A DNA stretch of 64,000 nt from Candidatus Omnitrophota bacterium (GTDB taxonomy: Bacteria > Omnitrophota > Omnitrophia > Omnitrophales > Aquincolibacteriaceae), in the NCBI GenBank assembly GCA_022709525.1, contig JAKLIQ010000011.1, positions 6,040 to 70,039 of the forward strand. The letters run 5' to 3'. Below the pieces are notes generated by a model. It was not told the DNA's origin, searched no databases, and was given only the letters and a program-made list of their open reading frames with translations. A program made the translations under genes and the position numbers. How positions within the stretch are numbered: the first letter of the stretch is position 1; every line of letters starts with the position of its first letter. Of the stretch, positions 1 to 13,600 are shown one piece after another.

Positions 1-3000
1 TTTGTCAGCGTATAGACCTCCGATTTGTCAGCGCTGACCCAGCTATAATTGACATCCCGGCCGATCTTGGTCATCGTAAAATCGGTCGCGGAATCAACCT
101 TGCTCAGCGCTTCCATGTACTGAATGCGCCGATCCGGTGTTAAGACGGATTCCCGGCCCGAAACCTGGTCCATCGAGATCCTTCGGACCGATTTAAAACT
201 CCAACGCTCATCTTTAGCGTAGACACTGTTTCCCTGAGAATCTTCGCTAATGGCGATCATATCGATGGACTGCGACAGCGTGTGGGTAGTAAATCCATCC
301 AACGACTCCCATCTGTATTCATAACCGTCTTTTGACCGCGTCATCGTGAAGATCGTATAGTCGTCCGTATCGGCTAAGGCCGTTTGGAATTCGCTATACA
401 ACGATGAACTGAGCGACGTAAAAGTCCTAGGTTCTTTAAGATCCGATTGGATCTTGGGCCAGTCTGTATCCGCTAACGCAGCGGCAGCGGCTTTAATATC
501 GGAGTTGAGCGAAGAATTTGCGATAAGCGCCTGAAACTCTTCGAGCGCCGCGGCGCCTTGCAGTTGGACCAATGCGACACCAGAATCTTCCTTAAGGGAA
601 GCTGTGATATAAGGCACCAAGCAAAGTTGCGTGAGGTAATCCAGCGTGATTTGAGCAAAACGCTGCGAGATAGAAAAGCTTGCTTCGCGCACATATTCAA
701 CCTGATTGCTGTCATTAACGATGGCGGAATTGTTGTAGCCCAAGGAATAACTCTTGATGCCGTCCATGCTTTCCCATGAATATTGAACAAGATCTTCCCC
801 GGCCTGACTGTCGATCGTAACCGAACGATTAAAAGTTAAAGCGGGATTTGTGCTTTCCCGAAGCCCCTCGGCGAACATTTGGAGTTCTTCCGGCGAAACC
901 GTCGCAATACCCAAAAGCGCTTTATCCTTCAAATCTTTATTGGCAAGATTCATCTTCACGGCCTGCCAGGTAGCCACATCTTCTGCATTTGCAGAACTCC
1001 ATGACGCGACCACTTCCTTGAGCTCGGCGGGAAGTTCCGGATTTTGCTCAATTAATGATTTGAAAGCGCCGATGCTACCGGCTCGGATCAAATCCTGACG
1101 GACCGTTTCATCTACAAGTGATAAGAGAACGAGCGCGACCTGTTCGTTATAGGTCACCAACACGGTCTCGCGGCTGACACGCGTGTTCGTCGTAAACGTA
1201 GCTTCTTGGGTAAAATTACCTTCTTCGCCCACGGGGGCTTCCTTATTGATCGAGACAGAGTAAGAAACGTTCGGGTTCAATGAATTCGTCCACTGATAGG
1301 AAACCGTTTTGCCGTCGCCTTCGACTTTATAGAAAACCGCCAGAGGATCCGAAACGGCGCGGCTCGCGGCCTGGCGCATCGCTTCATCGCGGATCAGATT
1401 GACTGCTTCAAGCACTTCGGCCTGATCGGCCTCAGTGATGAACTGTACCTCGGACTGACTAAGGAGAATCGCGACCCTTACTTTGTCTGAGTCATAACCG
1501 GCAAGATCATAGAAATCGCTGATAAGGACACGCTGAGCTTCATCAAAACTGCTTGTTGAAACCGTGATGTGAGCGACGGGCCAATCCCCATCATTGACGC
1601 GATCTCCAAAAACCGCCTCGGCCGTCCGGCCGCCCACAGGGGTGCTCCGGTTCACTTTGGTGGTTTCGATATATTGAATGCGATCGATCGCCGGAGTAGC
1701 GGGATTCACATCGACATAGTGTCCGTTCGCGTCCACCTCAAGATTCAAGATCACCATCCGGGTCGTCGTTCCGTCCTCAGAAGTGATCGAATATCCGGTC
1801 CAGGAAAGCGTTCCGTCAGCGCCGAGCCCTTCCACAAGCTCAACGACCGCGTTATCCCAATTTGGATCATCAGTCAAATCCCCCAGTAAAAGATCGCGGA
1901 TCGGCTTGGTCCCGAAACGGGAATCCGTAACACTGGACGTCGCGGTCACTGTCGTGGTGGTAGCGGTCAGCGCCCGCAGATCTTCCTGGCTGACGCGGGT
2001 GGTCTTCTTGAAGGTTGCCTCCTGGCCGCGAACGGTCTGCATATCGAGATTGATGGAATAATTAACGGTAAGATTTGAGAAGCTTGACCAAGCATAATTC
2101 ATGTCGCCATTACCGCGGCGGGAAACAGAGAAGCTGTCGCCATCGGCAATAGCAGCCAGAGCATTGGCTTTTTCCGTGAAATTCCTGATGCTCTCCGCCA
2201 AGGTGACCATTGTTGAGCGGCTGACGCGCTCTGTACGGGTAAAGTTGGCGATCGTCATCTCGCCGGCCGAAGTACCCGCACCTGTAGGAACATGCGTATC
2301 GAAAGAAATACTGTAACTGACATCGGTATTACGGGGGCTTGACCACTGATAAACCGGCTCTCTCCCATCCGTCACAGCCACATAGATCATGACGCCTTGC
2401 ATTTCGCTGGCCGCAAGCGCCAGGTCGATCTGCTCAAGCTGATAAGGGTCCTTAATCAACGCATAGGCCTCGCTATTTTCATCGATCGCATGAACGCTGA
2501 CGCGCATATTGACCGTCACGGATAATTCCGTGCGAAAATTCGCGTAATTCCCGTTCGCATCGGCTTCGCCGACCGGCACGTGATTGTTGACCGACAAGCT
2601 ATAGCTGGCATTCCGATCCGTTTTGCTGGACCATTGATAGCTTGGATCATCATTCCCCGCCTGGGAACGGTAGACCATTTCGCCATCCGCGAGGGCTGTT
2701 TCGAGCTGGGCTTTCTGAGCATTGTGATTATTCGTAAGCAGCTCCAATGCCGCCGCCTTATCTTCGACTTCCGGATCGCTCTGAATCTGCAAGTAGCGTG
2801 CGTTATAAATGGCCGTGAGCTCGGCAAGACGGGCCTCAAGTTCGGAAAACGGAACGCGTTCAGCCCTTGAAAAATTCGACTGGTGCCACGCATCCCTTAC
2901 CTGCATGCTGTAGCTGACGTCCGGATCGCTGATGCTTGACCACTGATAGACCGGTGTTTCATCAGTCCCGCCTTGCGACATATAAAACATATCGCCATCG

Positions 3001-6000
3001 GCAAGCGCCGCGATCGCCTGGGCCTTCTTCGCCGGGTCCTGGACCCATGCCCCATCCGCATCCGCTTCAATGTGCTGGCGAACTTGGTCGCGGCTGATCC
3101 GGGTCGTGATATTGATCGTCGCTTCTGGACCGTCCGGGGCATCCACATTTACCGCCAGAGTGTAGTTTTTATCCGGATTGATGGGGTCTGCGAACGTGTA
3201 AACGGGGTTCGCCGGATTTCCATCCAGAGAAGATTCACCGTCGGAAAGCGTACGGTAAGCAATAACCCCCTCGAGAGCCAAAGCTGTTTCGATATCCATC
3301 CGATCGCTGACATCATGTACGAGCGGGGTCTGCGCCTGGACAAATGCGGTGCTCATCCGCTCGGTCACCGAGACGGTCAATTGGATTGCGCCGTTTACCA
3401 GATTGAGACCGAGGCCATAATTTCTATTCCGATCGGTTTCGCTTGACCATTGATAACTCGGCTGATCATTCCCCGCTTGGGACTCATAAAACACCTTCCC
3501 ATCAGCGATCGCGACCTGAAGCTTGGCGTAGCGGCTATCCGCGGGGTCGAGGCGGGCGAGCTCGGCTGTAACTGTCTCTTTGGTTACACGCTCCGAACGG
3601 TTAAAGGTCGCCTCGTGCCAATTGACTCCCGTCACAGGATTTGGCTTATCCTTGACCTGAAGACTGTAACTGATATTTGGATTTGAACGATCCGTCCATT
3701 GATATGTCTCATTATCGTTTTCCCCGGCATAAGACATATAGAAAATATCACCGGCGGCCAGAGCTTCAAGCGCCTCCGCGAGTTTCGATGCGTCAGCAAT
3801 CCACGCAGCCGTTAAATGCTGGCTCACCTGCGTCCGGCTGATACGTTCGCTCACGCTCCATGTCGCCTCAACTTTGGTATTGACCGGAGGATTGGCCTCG
3901 GGAATTCCGCTCCTGATCCCAATCGAATAATTCTTGTCAGGATTTGTAACATCCGCGAACTGATAGACAGGATCGATCCCGTCCAAAGCGGATTCGCCGT
4001 CCGAAAGCGCCCTATAGATCGCGACCCCGGAAACCGCGAGCGCTGCAATAGCTTCGGCCCGGTCCGATGGATCCACGATCTTGCCCGCTTGCTTTACCGC
4101 TTCTTCAACGCTTTCCCGGAAATTTCTCGTGAACGTCGCTTCGGTCCTGAAGCTTGTGTATTCGCCACGTTCATTCTTGACGCCAACCGGCACCTTGGAA
4201 TTAATCGAAATGCTGTAGTTTAAATTCCGGTCGGTCTCGCTGGCCCAGTTAAAACTCGGGTCATCATTTCCGGCGCGGGACATATAAAAAATCTTTCCAT
4301 CCGCAATGCCGGCCTGGAGCTTCTCTACCCGCGAGGCATATTCCGCTATTAAGGTGGAAAGTTCGGCTTCAAGCGCGGATTTTTCATCGCCTGCCGCCGT
4401 TGCGATCCTGAGTTCAAGCGCAGCTTTGTCTGTGTTGTAATTATGGGTAATACTTGCGATCCCGGCTTCAACTTCCGCCTGACTGACGCGACGCGTCCGG
4501 TTAAAGGTCGACTCATGCCAATTGATGCCGGTCACGGAATTCGGCTTATCTTTAACAAGCAAGCTGTAGCTGACATTCGGATTGGACCGGCTGGTCCATT
4601 GATAAGTAACGTTATCGTTCTCTCCGGCATAGGACATATAAAAAGCTTCCCCGTCATCGAGTGAAGCTAACGCATCGGCCCTTTTCGCCGGATCCAAGAT
4701 CCACTCCCCCGCCGTATCCGCTTCGATATGCTGGCGAACCTGGTCCCGGCTGATCCGCACACTCACATTCCAGCTAGCTTCCGTTCGAGCGCTTGGATAA
4801 GTGCCATCAGGTCGTTTTTCCCCAACGGGTATCCCGCTTTTGATCCCAATCGAATAATTTTTATCCGCATTTGAAAGATCGGAGAACTGATAAACAGGAT
4901 CAATAAAATCAAGAGCCGATTCGCCGTCGCTTAACGTTTTATAGACCATAACGCCCGATTGTCCCAAAACAGCGGCTGCTTCGGCTCTATCCGACGCATC
5001 ACCGATAAGCGCCAATTGCCTTTGAGCTTCGCTGATCTTCACGCGTTCATTGCGTGTAAAAGTCACTTCGGTTTTGTAGCTAGGATAAATGCCATTGGCG
5101 TCTGCGATGCCGACGCCTATCTTGGAATTCACCGACATACCGTAGCCAAGGTTCCTGTTGGTTTCGCTGGACCAGTTAAAACTCGGATCGTCGTCACCCG
5201 CCTGCGACATAAAAAAGATCTTTCCGTCAGCCATAGCTGCTTCGAGGTTTTCATAGCGGGAATCGCCTGTATTTTTTAAATAAGCATATTGCTTCAAAAC
5301 ATCTTCTTTGCTGACGCGCCGCGTGCGGTTAAAGATCGCCTGGGTCCAAGCCGGTGTGACTCCCAAACTGTAGTTGATATTAGGATCCCAGGCATCGCTC
5401 CACTGATACTGTTGTGCGGTATCGTTGGATCCGGCCCGGGAAACCGAGAAATAATCTCCACGAGTCAAAGCCGCAACAGCGTCCAGATACTTTGCATCAT
5501 TCGCATCACCGGCAAACCATGCGTCCGTAACATATTGGGCAACCGTCTGGCGGGAAACGCGTTCGATAATGTTAAAAGTCGCTTCCGGACCATCCGGGGC
5601 TTGGGAATTCATCGCGATGGTGTAACTCTTATCGGGATCTGCAAGGTTCGTGAATTGATAGACCGGATCAAGATAATCCAGCGCGGATTCACCATCCGTA
5701 AACATTTTGTAGACAGCAAGCCCTTGCTGCTCCAATACGCCCAAAGCATCGCCGGCGCCGCCCGGGTTATAGACAAGGTCCGAACCGAGAAGGTCTTTTT
5801 TGTCGCTTGTGTCCGCTACGAGCAGCGCCCTCTGAACCGCTTCTTGAATACTGGCCCGCTCGCTGCGTGAAAACGTCACTTCGGTTTTATAACTTGCGTA
5901 GTTCCCGTTCGCATCAGCCTCTCCGACCGGTATTTTGGTGTTGACGGACATACCGTAGCTGATGTTTTTATTGAAAATACTCGTCCACTGAAAGCTCGGA

Positions 6001-9000
6001 TCTTCAAGGCCGGCCTGCGACATATAAAAAACGCGCCCATCCGCAAGAGCCGCTGCCAAATGAGCATAGCGAGTGTCCCCCGCCACATAACGCAGATCGG
6101 ATGGATCGTTCAAATAAGCGAATTGCTTCGCGACTTGTTCGCGGCTGATGCGTATAGTACGGTTAAAAGTCGCGGTGCCGAGACGCGGATTTTCAGCAAG
6201 CGTATAACTTGTATTCGGGTCTTTCCGGTCCGTCCACTGATAAGAAGCATCGTCATTGCCGGCCTTGGACAGATAAAAGGCGCCGGCGCTGAAAAGCGCC
6301 ACATAGGCCTGGCTACGTTTTACTCCCGTCACATCTGCGATAATGGGAATAAGCGCTAACATTTCCTGTAAACTGATGCGCTGATTTTTCGCGAAAGTCG
6401 TTTCTTTGGTATATTGCGCATAGCTTCCGTCCGCACGAGGTTCTCCCACGGGAACGGTGGCGTTGACTGTGACGGTATAACTTATCCGGGAATTTCCTTC
6501 CTCCGTCCACTGATAGACAGCATCGTCAAGTCCCGCCTTCGAAAGATAGAAGGATTTTCCTTTTAAGAATGCGGCTTGCGCTTCCGCTTTTTTAACGGGA
6601 TCGGCGATCTGGCCGATATACCCAGAAACATCCTCAGCAGAAACCCGGATATTATGCGTGAACACAGCTTCAGTCCCGGTTGGAGCAGAATTTTCGCCCT
6701 CCGGAACGCGAGTATTAATTGAGAGACTCCAGCTCTCATCCGGATTTTCGGGATTCGTCCACTGATACACGATATCTTTGCCATCGGTGGTTGACCTGTA
6801 GAATACAGCGCCCGGCAGCGCCATCGCGGCTTCGGCTTCAGCTTTCTTTTGAGCGTCATTTGCATTACTTGGCTCAATCGGCATGAGGCCTAACACCGAA
6901 TCTCCTCTCATAACTTCCGGGCTCATTCTCTCGCTTTGGACAAATGAGATTTCCGAACGGAAAGAAGCGTAATCGCCGCTTGCGCCGCGAAGCCCGACCG
7001 GAACTTTTGAATTGACGTTCAAACTGTAATTCAGATTGATATCCGAATTGCTTGCCCAGCTATAGGAAGGATCCTCTTCGCCGGATTGGGATCGATAGAA
7101 AACCTTTCCGTCGGCAAGTTTCGCTTCGATAAGAACGCGTTTTGCGGCGTACTCGCCGGGAAGATCGTTCTGCTCTTGCGTAAGAGCCGCGCGTTCATCG
7201 GCCGTAAGTGTTGTTTTTTGAAGTTCGCCAGCGATCTCTTCTAACCGGGCGGCAAGGTCTGCGCCTAGAATAGCCAATTGAGCGCTGGCCGTTTCCGCGC
7301 TGATTTGATCCGTCATTGTAAGGATTGCGTCTTCCGAACGGTCTTTGACGGCAAGAGTGTAGCTCCGGTTTGGATCATTTTTGTCGGTCCACTGATATTG
7401 CCTCTCAGCAAGATCATCGGAACCGGCTCTTGACAAATAAACGGCTGTTCCGGCGGCAAGCGCGGATTCAAGCGCTGCGATCGCCTCTGGGTCTGCCTCA
7501 TATTTCTTGAGGTCTTCTAATGCAGAAGCGGGACTGACGCGCGTTGTGATGTTCCAATTCGCTTCGATGCCCGTATTGGCCGACGGATCGCCTGCAGGCA
7601 CTCTTGAGCGAACTGCTATGGTGTAGCTTGTGTTTTCATCGACCGGGTCGGCGAACTGATAAACAGGGTCCACGCCGTCCGTCTCTAAAACGCCATCGGT
7701 GATGGAGCGGGATATAGCAATACCTTTAATGGCCAGCTTGGCGAGCGCTTCAGCGCGGTCCTCAGGATCTGCAATCTTCGCCGCATCCAAGGCGGCTTGT
7801 TCTTTGCTGACACGAACGGTGGTTGTGAAGGTTAACTCGGTTTTAAAACCGGCCATCGGCCCCGTGCCCACCGGGAATTTCTGATCAACGCTAAGGCCAT
7901 AATTTTTATTCCGGTCCGTTTCGCTTACCCATTGATAATTGGGCCCTTTTTCTCCCGTGCTCCGATAAAAGATCTTTCCGTCCGCCAGCGCATCCAAAAT
8001 TGGCTGATAGCGGGAATCTGAGGTGGCCATAAATTGAAGCGCGATCACGGCATCAAGTTCCGCGCGCACCGTTTCAGCGCTTACTTGGGTCGTCGCATTC
8101 AAAGCGACTTGTCGGAATTCCTCGCTGGCCTGCAACGTAAAACTGGCATTGGGATCTATCTTGCTGGTCCACTGGTATTGCCCCTCGTCATTGGTGCCGG
8201 CCTGAGATAAGTAATAAAGGGTATCGTCAGCAAATGCCGTGGCGATATCCACATCATTATTGATAAGCGTATAGCCCTCTTTGGAAAGCCATGCCTGAAC
8301 CGCCGCTTTGCTAACACGCGTTGAAATATTCCATGCTGCTTCAACGCCTGTATACCTCAGTGTTTCACCGGCTCCTACAGGAAGCCCGCTACGGATCGCA
8401 ATGCTATAACTCATGTCCGGATTGATCAGATCAGAAAATTGATAGACAGGATCCATGCCGTCCGTCGCTGAGGGGCCGTCCGTTACCGACTTCATAACGG
8501 TTACACCAGCTTTACTGACGCGGTCTTGCGCTTCGGCGCGATCGTTATCATCGGCAATGAGATTAAGCTTATTCGTAACTTCTTGAATGCTGGCCCGGAT
8601 GCTCGTCGTTAACGAAAGCTCCGTCCTGAACCCGGCCGCGGCACCTTCGCCTACCGGAAATTTTGTGTCGACTAACAAGCTGTAGTTTTTGTTCTTATCG
8701 CTGTCGCTGGACCACTGATAGGTGGGGCCTTTATCGCTTATTGTTCGGAAAAACACAAGGCCGTCGGCGATTGCGGCCGCGATCGCGCTATTTCTCGAAT
8801 CCGATCCTGTGACCGTTCCGGCGGCCTGGGCTGCGGCTAATTCCGCAGCCACGGTTGCCGCACTCACCTGCATAGTTTCTGTTAAAGTCACCTGCCCAAG
8901 ATCGGGGCGCGCTTGAACCGAATAGCTTAAATTGGGATTGATGAAACTGGTCCATTGATAAGTCCCCGGCTCTGTCAGTCCGCCGCGGGAAAGATAAAAA

Positions 9001-10600
9001 GTCTCGCCTGCAGCGATCGCGGATCCGGCGCTGAGACCATCTTGCGCGATAGTGGTCATGCCCTGCGCGGCAAACCAGGCGCGCACTTCGGCATCATCCA
9101 CGCGAGTCGAAATGCCCCAAACAGCTTCGCGACCGGTATTTTGCGGCGGATCTCCGACGGGAACACCGCTACGGATGGACATTGTATAGCTTGTATTGGG
9201 ATCTTTCATATCCGCGAACTGATAAACAGGATCCACACCATCAATAGCCGCGGGCCCATCGCTTACTGAGCGATAGACGGGCGTTGCAGGGCTCAGCTTG
9301 CCTAAAGCTTCATTGCGTTTTGTTTCATCACCAATAAGCATCGCTTGAACTCGCGCTTCTTCAATGCTGGCGCGAACGCTTGTCGTAAAGGTAATGGCTG
9401 GCGGAACCCGGAAAGCCCCGGATGTTCCGACGGGAAAATATTTATCAAGCGAAAAACTATAACTGATATTTTTATTGTTTTTATCGGTCCACTGGAAATT
9501 CGGCCCCCGATCGCCCTTAGACATGTAAAAGGCCTTCCCTTGGAGAAGAGCGGCTTCAAGGCCTTCCTTGCGGGGATCACCATCGGCCAAGCTCTCCTCA
9601 TACTGAGCCATAACGTATTCCACGCTGACGCGTTTGTTGTAATTAAAAATCGCACTGTGCCACGCCTCATCGATCTGAAGCGTATAATTTGTATTCGGAT
9701 CACCGCCGATATTCCATTGGAGGATAGGCGCCGAAAGACCGGCCTGAACCATGTAAAAAAAGCTACCGACCGCGACGGCCGCATTATAAGCGGCAAGCGC
9801 CTCAGCCCGGTCCTCCGGATTCACGATCCAGGCGCCAACGCTATCGTTACTAATGTGACGAAGCGCTTCATTCCGTGAAACGCGCGTGTTGACGCTGATC
9901 GTTGCCTCCTTACCGTCCGGCAATGGATTAGCTTCTGTTCCTCGAGGCACATGGCTGTTGATCATAAGCGTGAATGAAACATTGGTATCCCCAAGAGCCG
10001 ACCATTGGTAAACGGGATCTTCCGTTCCGGATTCCTGCCGGTTGAAGTAGACGAAATTGGGGTTGGCATTCAACTGAGCGAGCTCTTGGCCTCTCAGTTC
10101 TTCATTTTGGATGAACGTCATTTGCTCGATAACTTCGCGACGGCTAACGCGGGTGCTTTTGATAAAAGTAACTTCAGTACCCGTCGGGGCGTTATCCAAT
10201 CCCTCGGGGACCGAATTATTAAAGCTTATGGCATGGCTAATATTAGGATCGGACGAGCTTACCCATTGATAAACCGGGTCTCCGGCGCCCTGGATCGACA
10301 TGGTGATCGATGCGCGAGGATCAGCTTGCAAAGCAGCTAAGGCCTGGGCCTTTTGATCCGGATCCGTAATCTGATCGATGGCGGCAAAAGCATCGGCGTG
10401 GCTGACGCGCTGGCTTTGCGTAAAAGTCATTACCGGGCCATCGGGCGCTTTACGGTCCACGGCAAGACTGTAATTTTGATTACCATTGCGAGAACTCCAG
10501 GAATAGATCGCCGACCCCGGTTGCGGCGTCGTTGAGCCCGCGGAGAAATAATAATTGGAGGTCGTCATATAGAAGATCGCCGAAGGGTTGACCGCTAAGG
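1..10600 (-). repeat. Over 25 diverged tandem coding repeats of about 270-300 bp (about 90-100 aa) inside the giant gene; each unit ends in a YQW[ST] motif
   Basis: Recurring plus-strand strings gaccactgata / gtccattgata / gtccactgata about every 270-300 bp (e.g. 2335, 2632, 2936, 3441, 3698, 4599, 5400, 6232, 6509, 6770, 7390, 8170, 8715, 8948). One translated unit reads ...YQWTDRSNPNISYSLQVKDKPNPVTGVNWHEATFNRSERVT...LQVAIADGKVFYESQAGNDQPSYQWSSE. The two units aligned by eye (3600-3760 vs 4500-4660) look roughly 75% identical at the nucleotide level. Confidence 0.75.
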
Positions 10601-13600
10601 CATTTTGAATAGTCGCTGCTAACGTCAATCCGGAATCCAAAAGCGTATCTCCCGGCGGCACAAAGGCGATCGTCGGATCATTTAAAAGGCCTTCCACATG
10701 GGCCGTTTCATATTGCCCCGTTTCCCGATTGAATATCCGAACATCTCCGCCAGCGATATCCGCCAGACGCATCCGCTCGGAGCGTTGATACGTAACGACC
10801 GGGTATCCTTCCGGAACCTGGCTATCAATCATAAGAGAATGCGTCGTGTCTCCATCCCGCGCGGTTACCTGATAGGCCTTGGATGTAATGTTGCGATTCG
10901 AAATACCGAACGCATCGTTGGAGCCGATGGCCAAATAGAACGGGTTATGAGCAAATTCCGGGTCGTTAAAAACGCTCATAAAGATCTCGCGCTCGCCCGG
11001 CAGCATGGCGATCTCGGCATTCTCGCTTCCGTCCGGGTTGTAAAGAAGGTTGTAGACTTCTTCCCGCGTCGCGCGGATCGACGCCGAATAGCTGACACGC
11101 GGCCCGTCGGGGTGGTGACGATCGACATTGAGAGTGCGCGTCTCGGAGCGATTTCTGGAGGTAACCTGATAGTATTCGGAATCAATGAAGCGGTTTGTAA
11201 CATTGAATGCGTCCGTCGAACTCGTCATGTAAAGAATGCTCTTAGAGCTCCAGTTCGAACCGCAAACTTGATCATGACAAACATCGCCCAATAAGCTGTC
11301 CCCAACGATGATGCCGTTCACGGTAGCGGTGGTATAAGGAACTTTGATCTGTTCCAGATAATTGTACCGGACCTCGCCCTTAACTGCGTCCCAGTTGGCG
11401 CTGCGGGTAACCCGGCCATCCGCTGAAGTGATCTGATAGGATTCGCCCTCAAAATAACGGATGCCGGCAAAATCAAACCCTTCGGCCCAGGTTTGTGTCC
11501 GGCTGACATGCTCTTCGGCCCAACTTGCATTGGTTGCAAGGGGCCCCAAAAGAAGATCGCCGATCGAGTGCACGCCGTCATAAGAGATCGTGCTATGGGC
11601 CACTTCTTTTGTTTCGCTAAAGCTTGTCTTCCCGGTTTCGTCTCCATTCACGACTTCGATATTTTTTGAGCGGGTCACCGTTCCATCCCCATAAATATCG
11701 ATCGAAAAATTATGATCTAAAAGAAACCGGTTTGAATCGTTAAAAGCTCCCGCCCAGGACCAGGATTCATACATATCCTCATCGGAGGTGAGTAAAAGGC
11801 CGCCGGCCCCAAGGATCGAAGCGCGAACACCGGCATCTTCTGATTTTTGCTGATGGGTGTAGGTGAGAACATCCGAGAAAATATCCCGTGAAACGGAGCG
11901 CGTAATGTTTTCATCGCGAGACGTTACGGAATAACTTTCAGATTTGGCAATACGATCTTCTTCTTCGATATCAAAACCGAATTTCCAAGTTTTTGTAAAC
12001 GAAAAATCCTGGCCGCGGAAATTCTCAAGAACATCACCCGTAAGACCGCCCAAAAGAGTGTCATATAAGGTTCCTTCGTAGGCGGCTTCACTGCCCAAAA
12101 GCTTTTGAGTTTCGCTGTAAGTCGTTTCGCTTGTTTCCACCCCGCCAACAAACCGGTAGCTTTTACTACGAATCAGCGACCCATCGCCATAGACGTCGTA
12201 CTGGATCGAATGGCTCTGCTTGTCGGTAAAAAGGCCTTGCTCGTAAGCGATCTTATAGCCGTCCTTACGGGTCAGGGTCGGGTCGGCGATCCCCTCGTAT
12301 TCGAAGGTCTCGGTGCCCCATTCCCGGCGCGTTGGATCGCCGTCCAGGTCATCGCCTAAGGGACGAGAGATGCTGACCGTGAAAGTATCGTCTTCGCTGT
12401 CCTCAACAAAATCATTGCCAAAGTCATGGGTGACAGTAATGCGGTCATCCACCTGTTCGGTCCGGAAAACGCTCTGAAGAACCGCATCATTGATATTATT
12501 CCCGATCACGTTATACCGGCTCGTAAAATCAATATCGGTGGTGCCGGGAATATACGTAATATCGTCATAGGAAACGATCTCGCAGCCCGAAAATCCTTCT
12601 CCGCACGCCCCCCCGCCGGTCGGGTGTTTATAAGTGACGCTCCGGACGAGCTGAAAAAGGTTGTACTCCTGCTGGATCGAAGAAAGAAAACGCGGCTCCC
12701 CTTCCGGTGTCAGCGGTTTCAGGTAGGTCTCCGTATAATCCACAAGCCCGAGGCCGAGATAATCAAAGCGGCCCAAAGTCGTTTCATTAATAGTGGATTC
12801 CGGCTCATCTTCCGGCGGCTCGGCATGGCGCGCCAAGTAATGCGTGCGGCTTTGGATCGTGCCCAAGGTGCCGGTAATATCATCGATCGAGCTTTTTAAA
12901 AGCTCCGCCACATTGTAGGTCTCGACGAGTTTTAGAAGGCGGAAATCCTTATTTTCTTTATCAGTGCCGTAATAGGTGTAAACGCTATGGCTGAGGATCT
13001 TGGTGCCGCCGTCATCAAAGGCGTAAGAATCGCTCACGCGCCCGTCAGAATCGTACTTCGTTACGCTTGCAAGCGTTCCGTCGGCGCGCAATTCCGCCGT
13101 CTTTTGAATGTCCTTCCCTTCCAGATGGTAGATCGTGACCCGCCCGAATTCAGAAAGAACGTAGTGAGCGTTCGGGATCTCTTGCCATTCATCTTTACTT
13201 CGGGGCGCATAAAAGGTGATGCTTCCGTCGTGACGGATCGAAAACGCCAGACGCGGGTCCTTCACATCGAATTCGGGGACCTTGTACTCGGTTGTCCCCA
13301 TATCCACGCCCGTGGCCGGCAGAGCATCGATAGCGGCCTGGATCTGGGCCTGCGCGCTCTCAAGATCGACGGCGCGGCATTCGGCGTTCCCACTCGACCC
13401 GTAGTAGCAATAGGTTTCGACATCCCCGCGAAGACTGATCGAATTCTGGATCTCATAAAACCCGGCGACCTGGGAATAAACGCTCTTGCGGCCGTCGTTA
13501 TAGCGGATCGTGAGGTCTCCGGTTGCAGGGTCTGTCGTCTGTGTAAAGTCGGTGCCAAGCGGGTCGCCGATCCAGACAAGCACGGGACGGTTATCTTTCA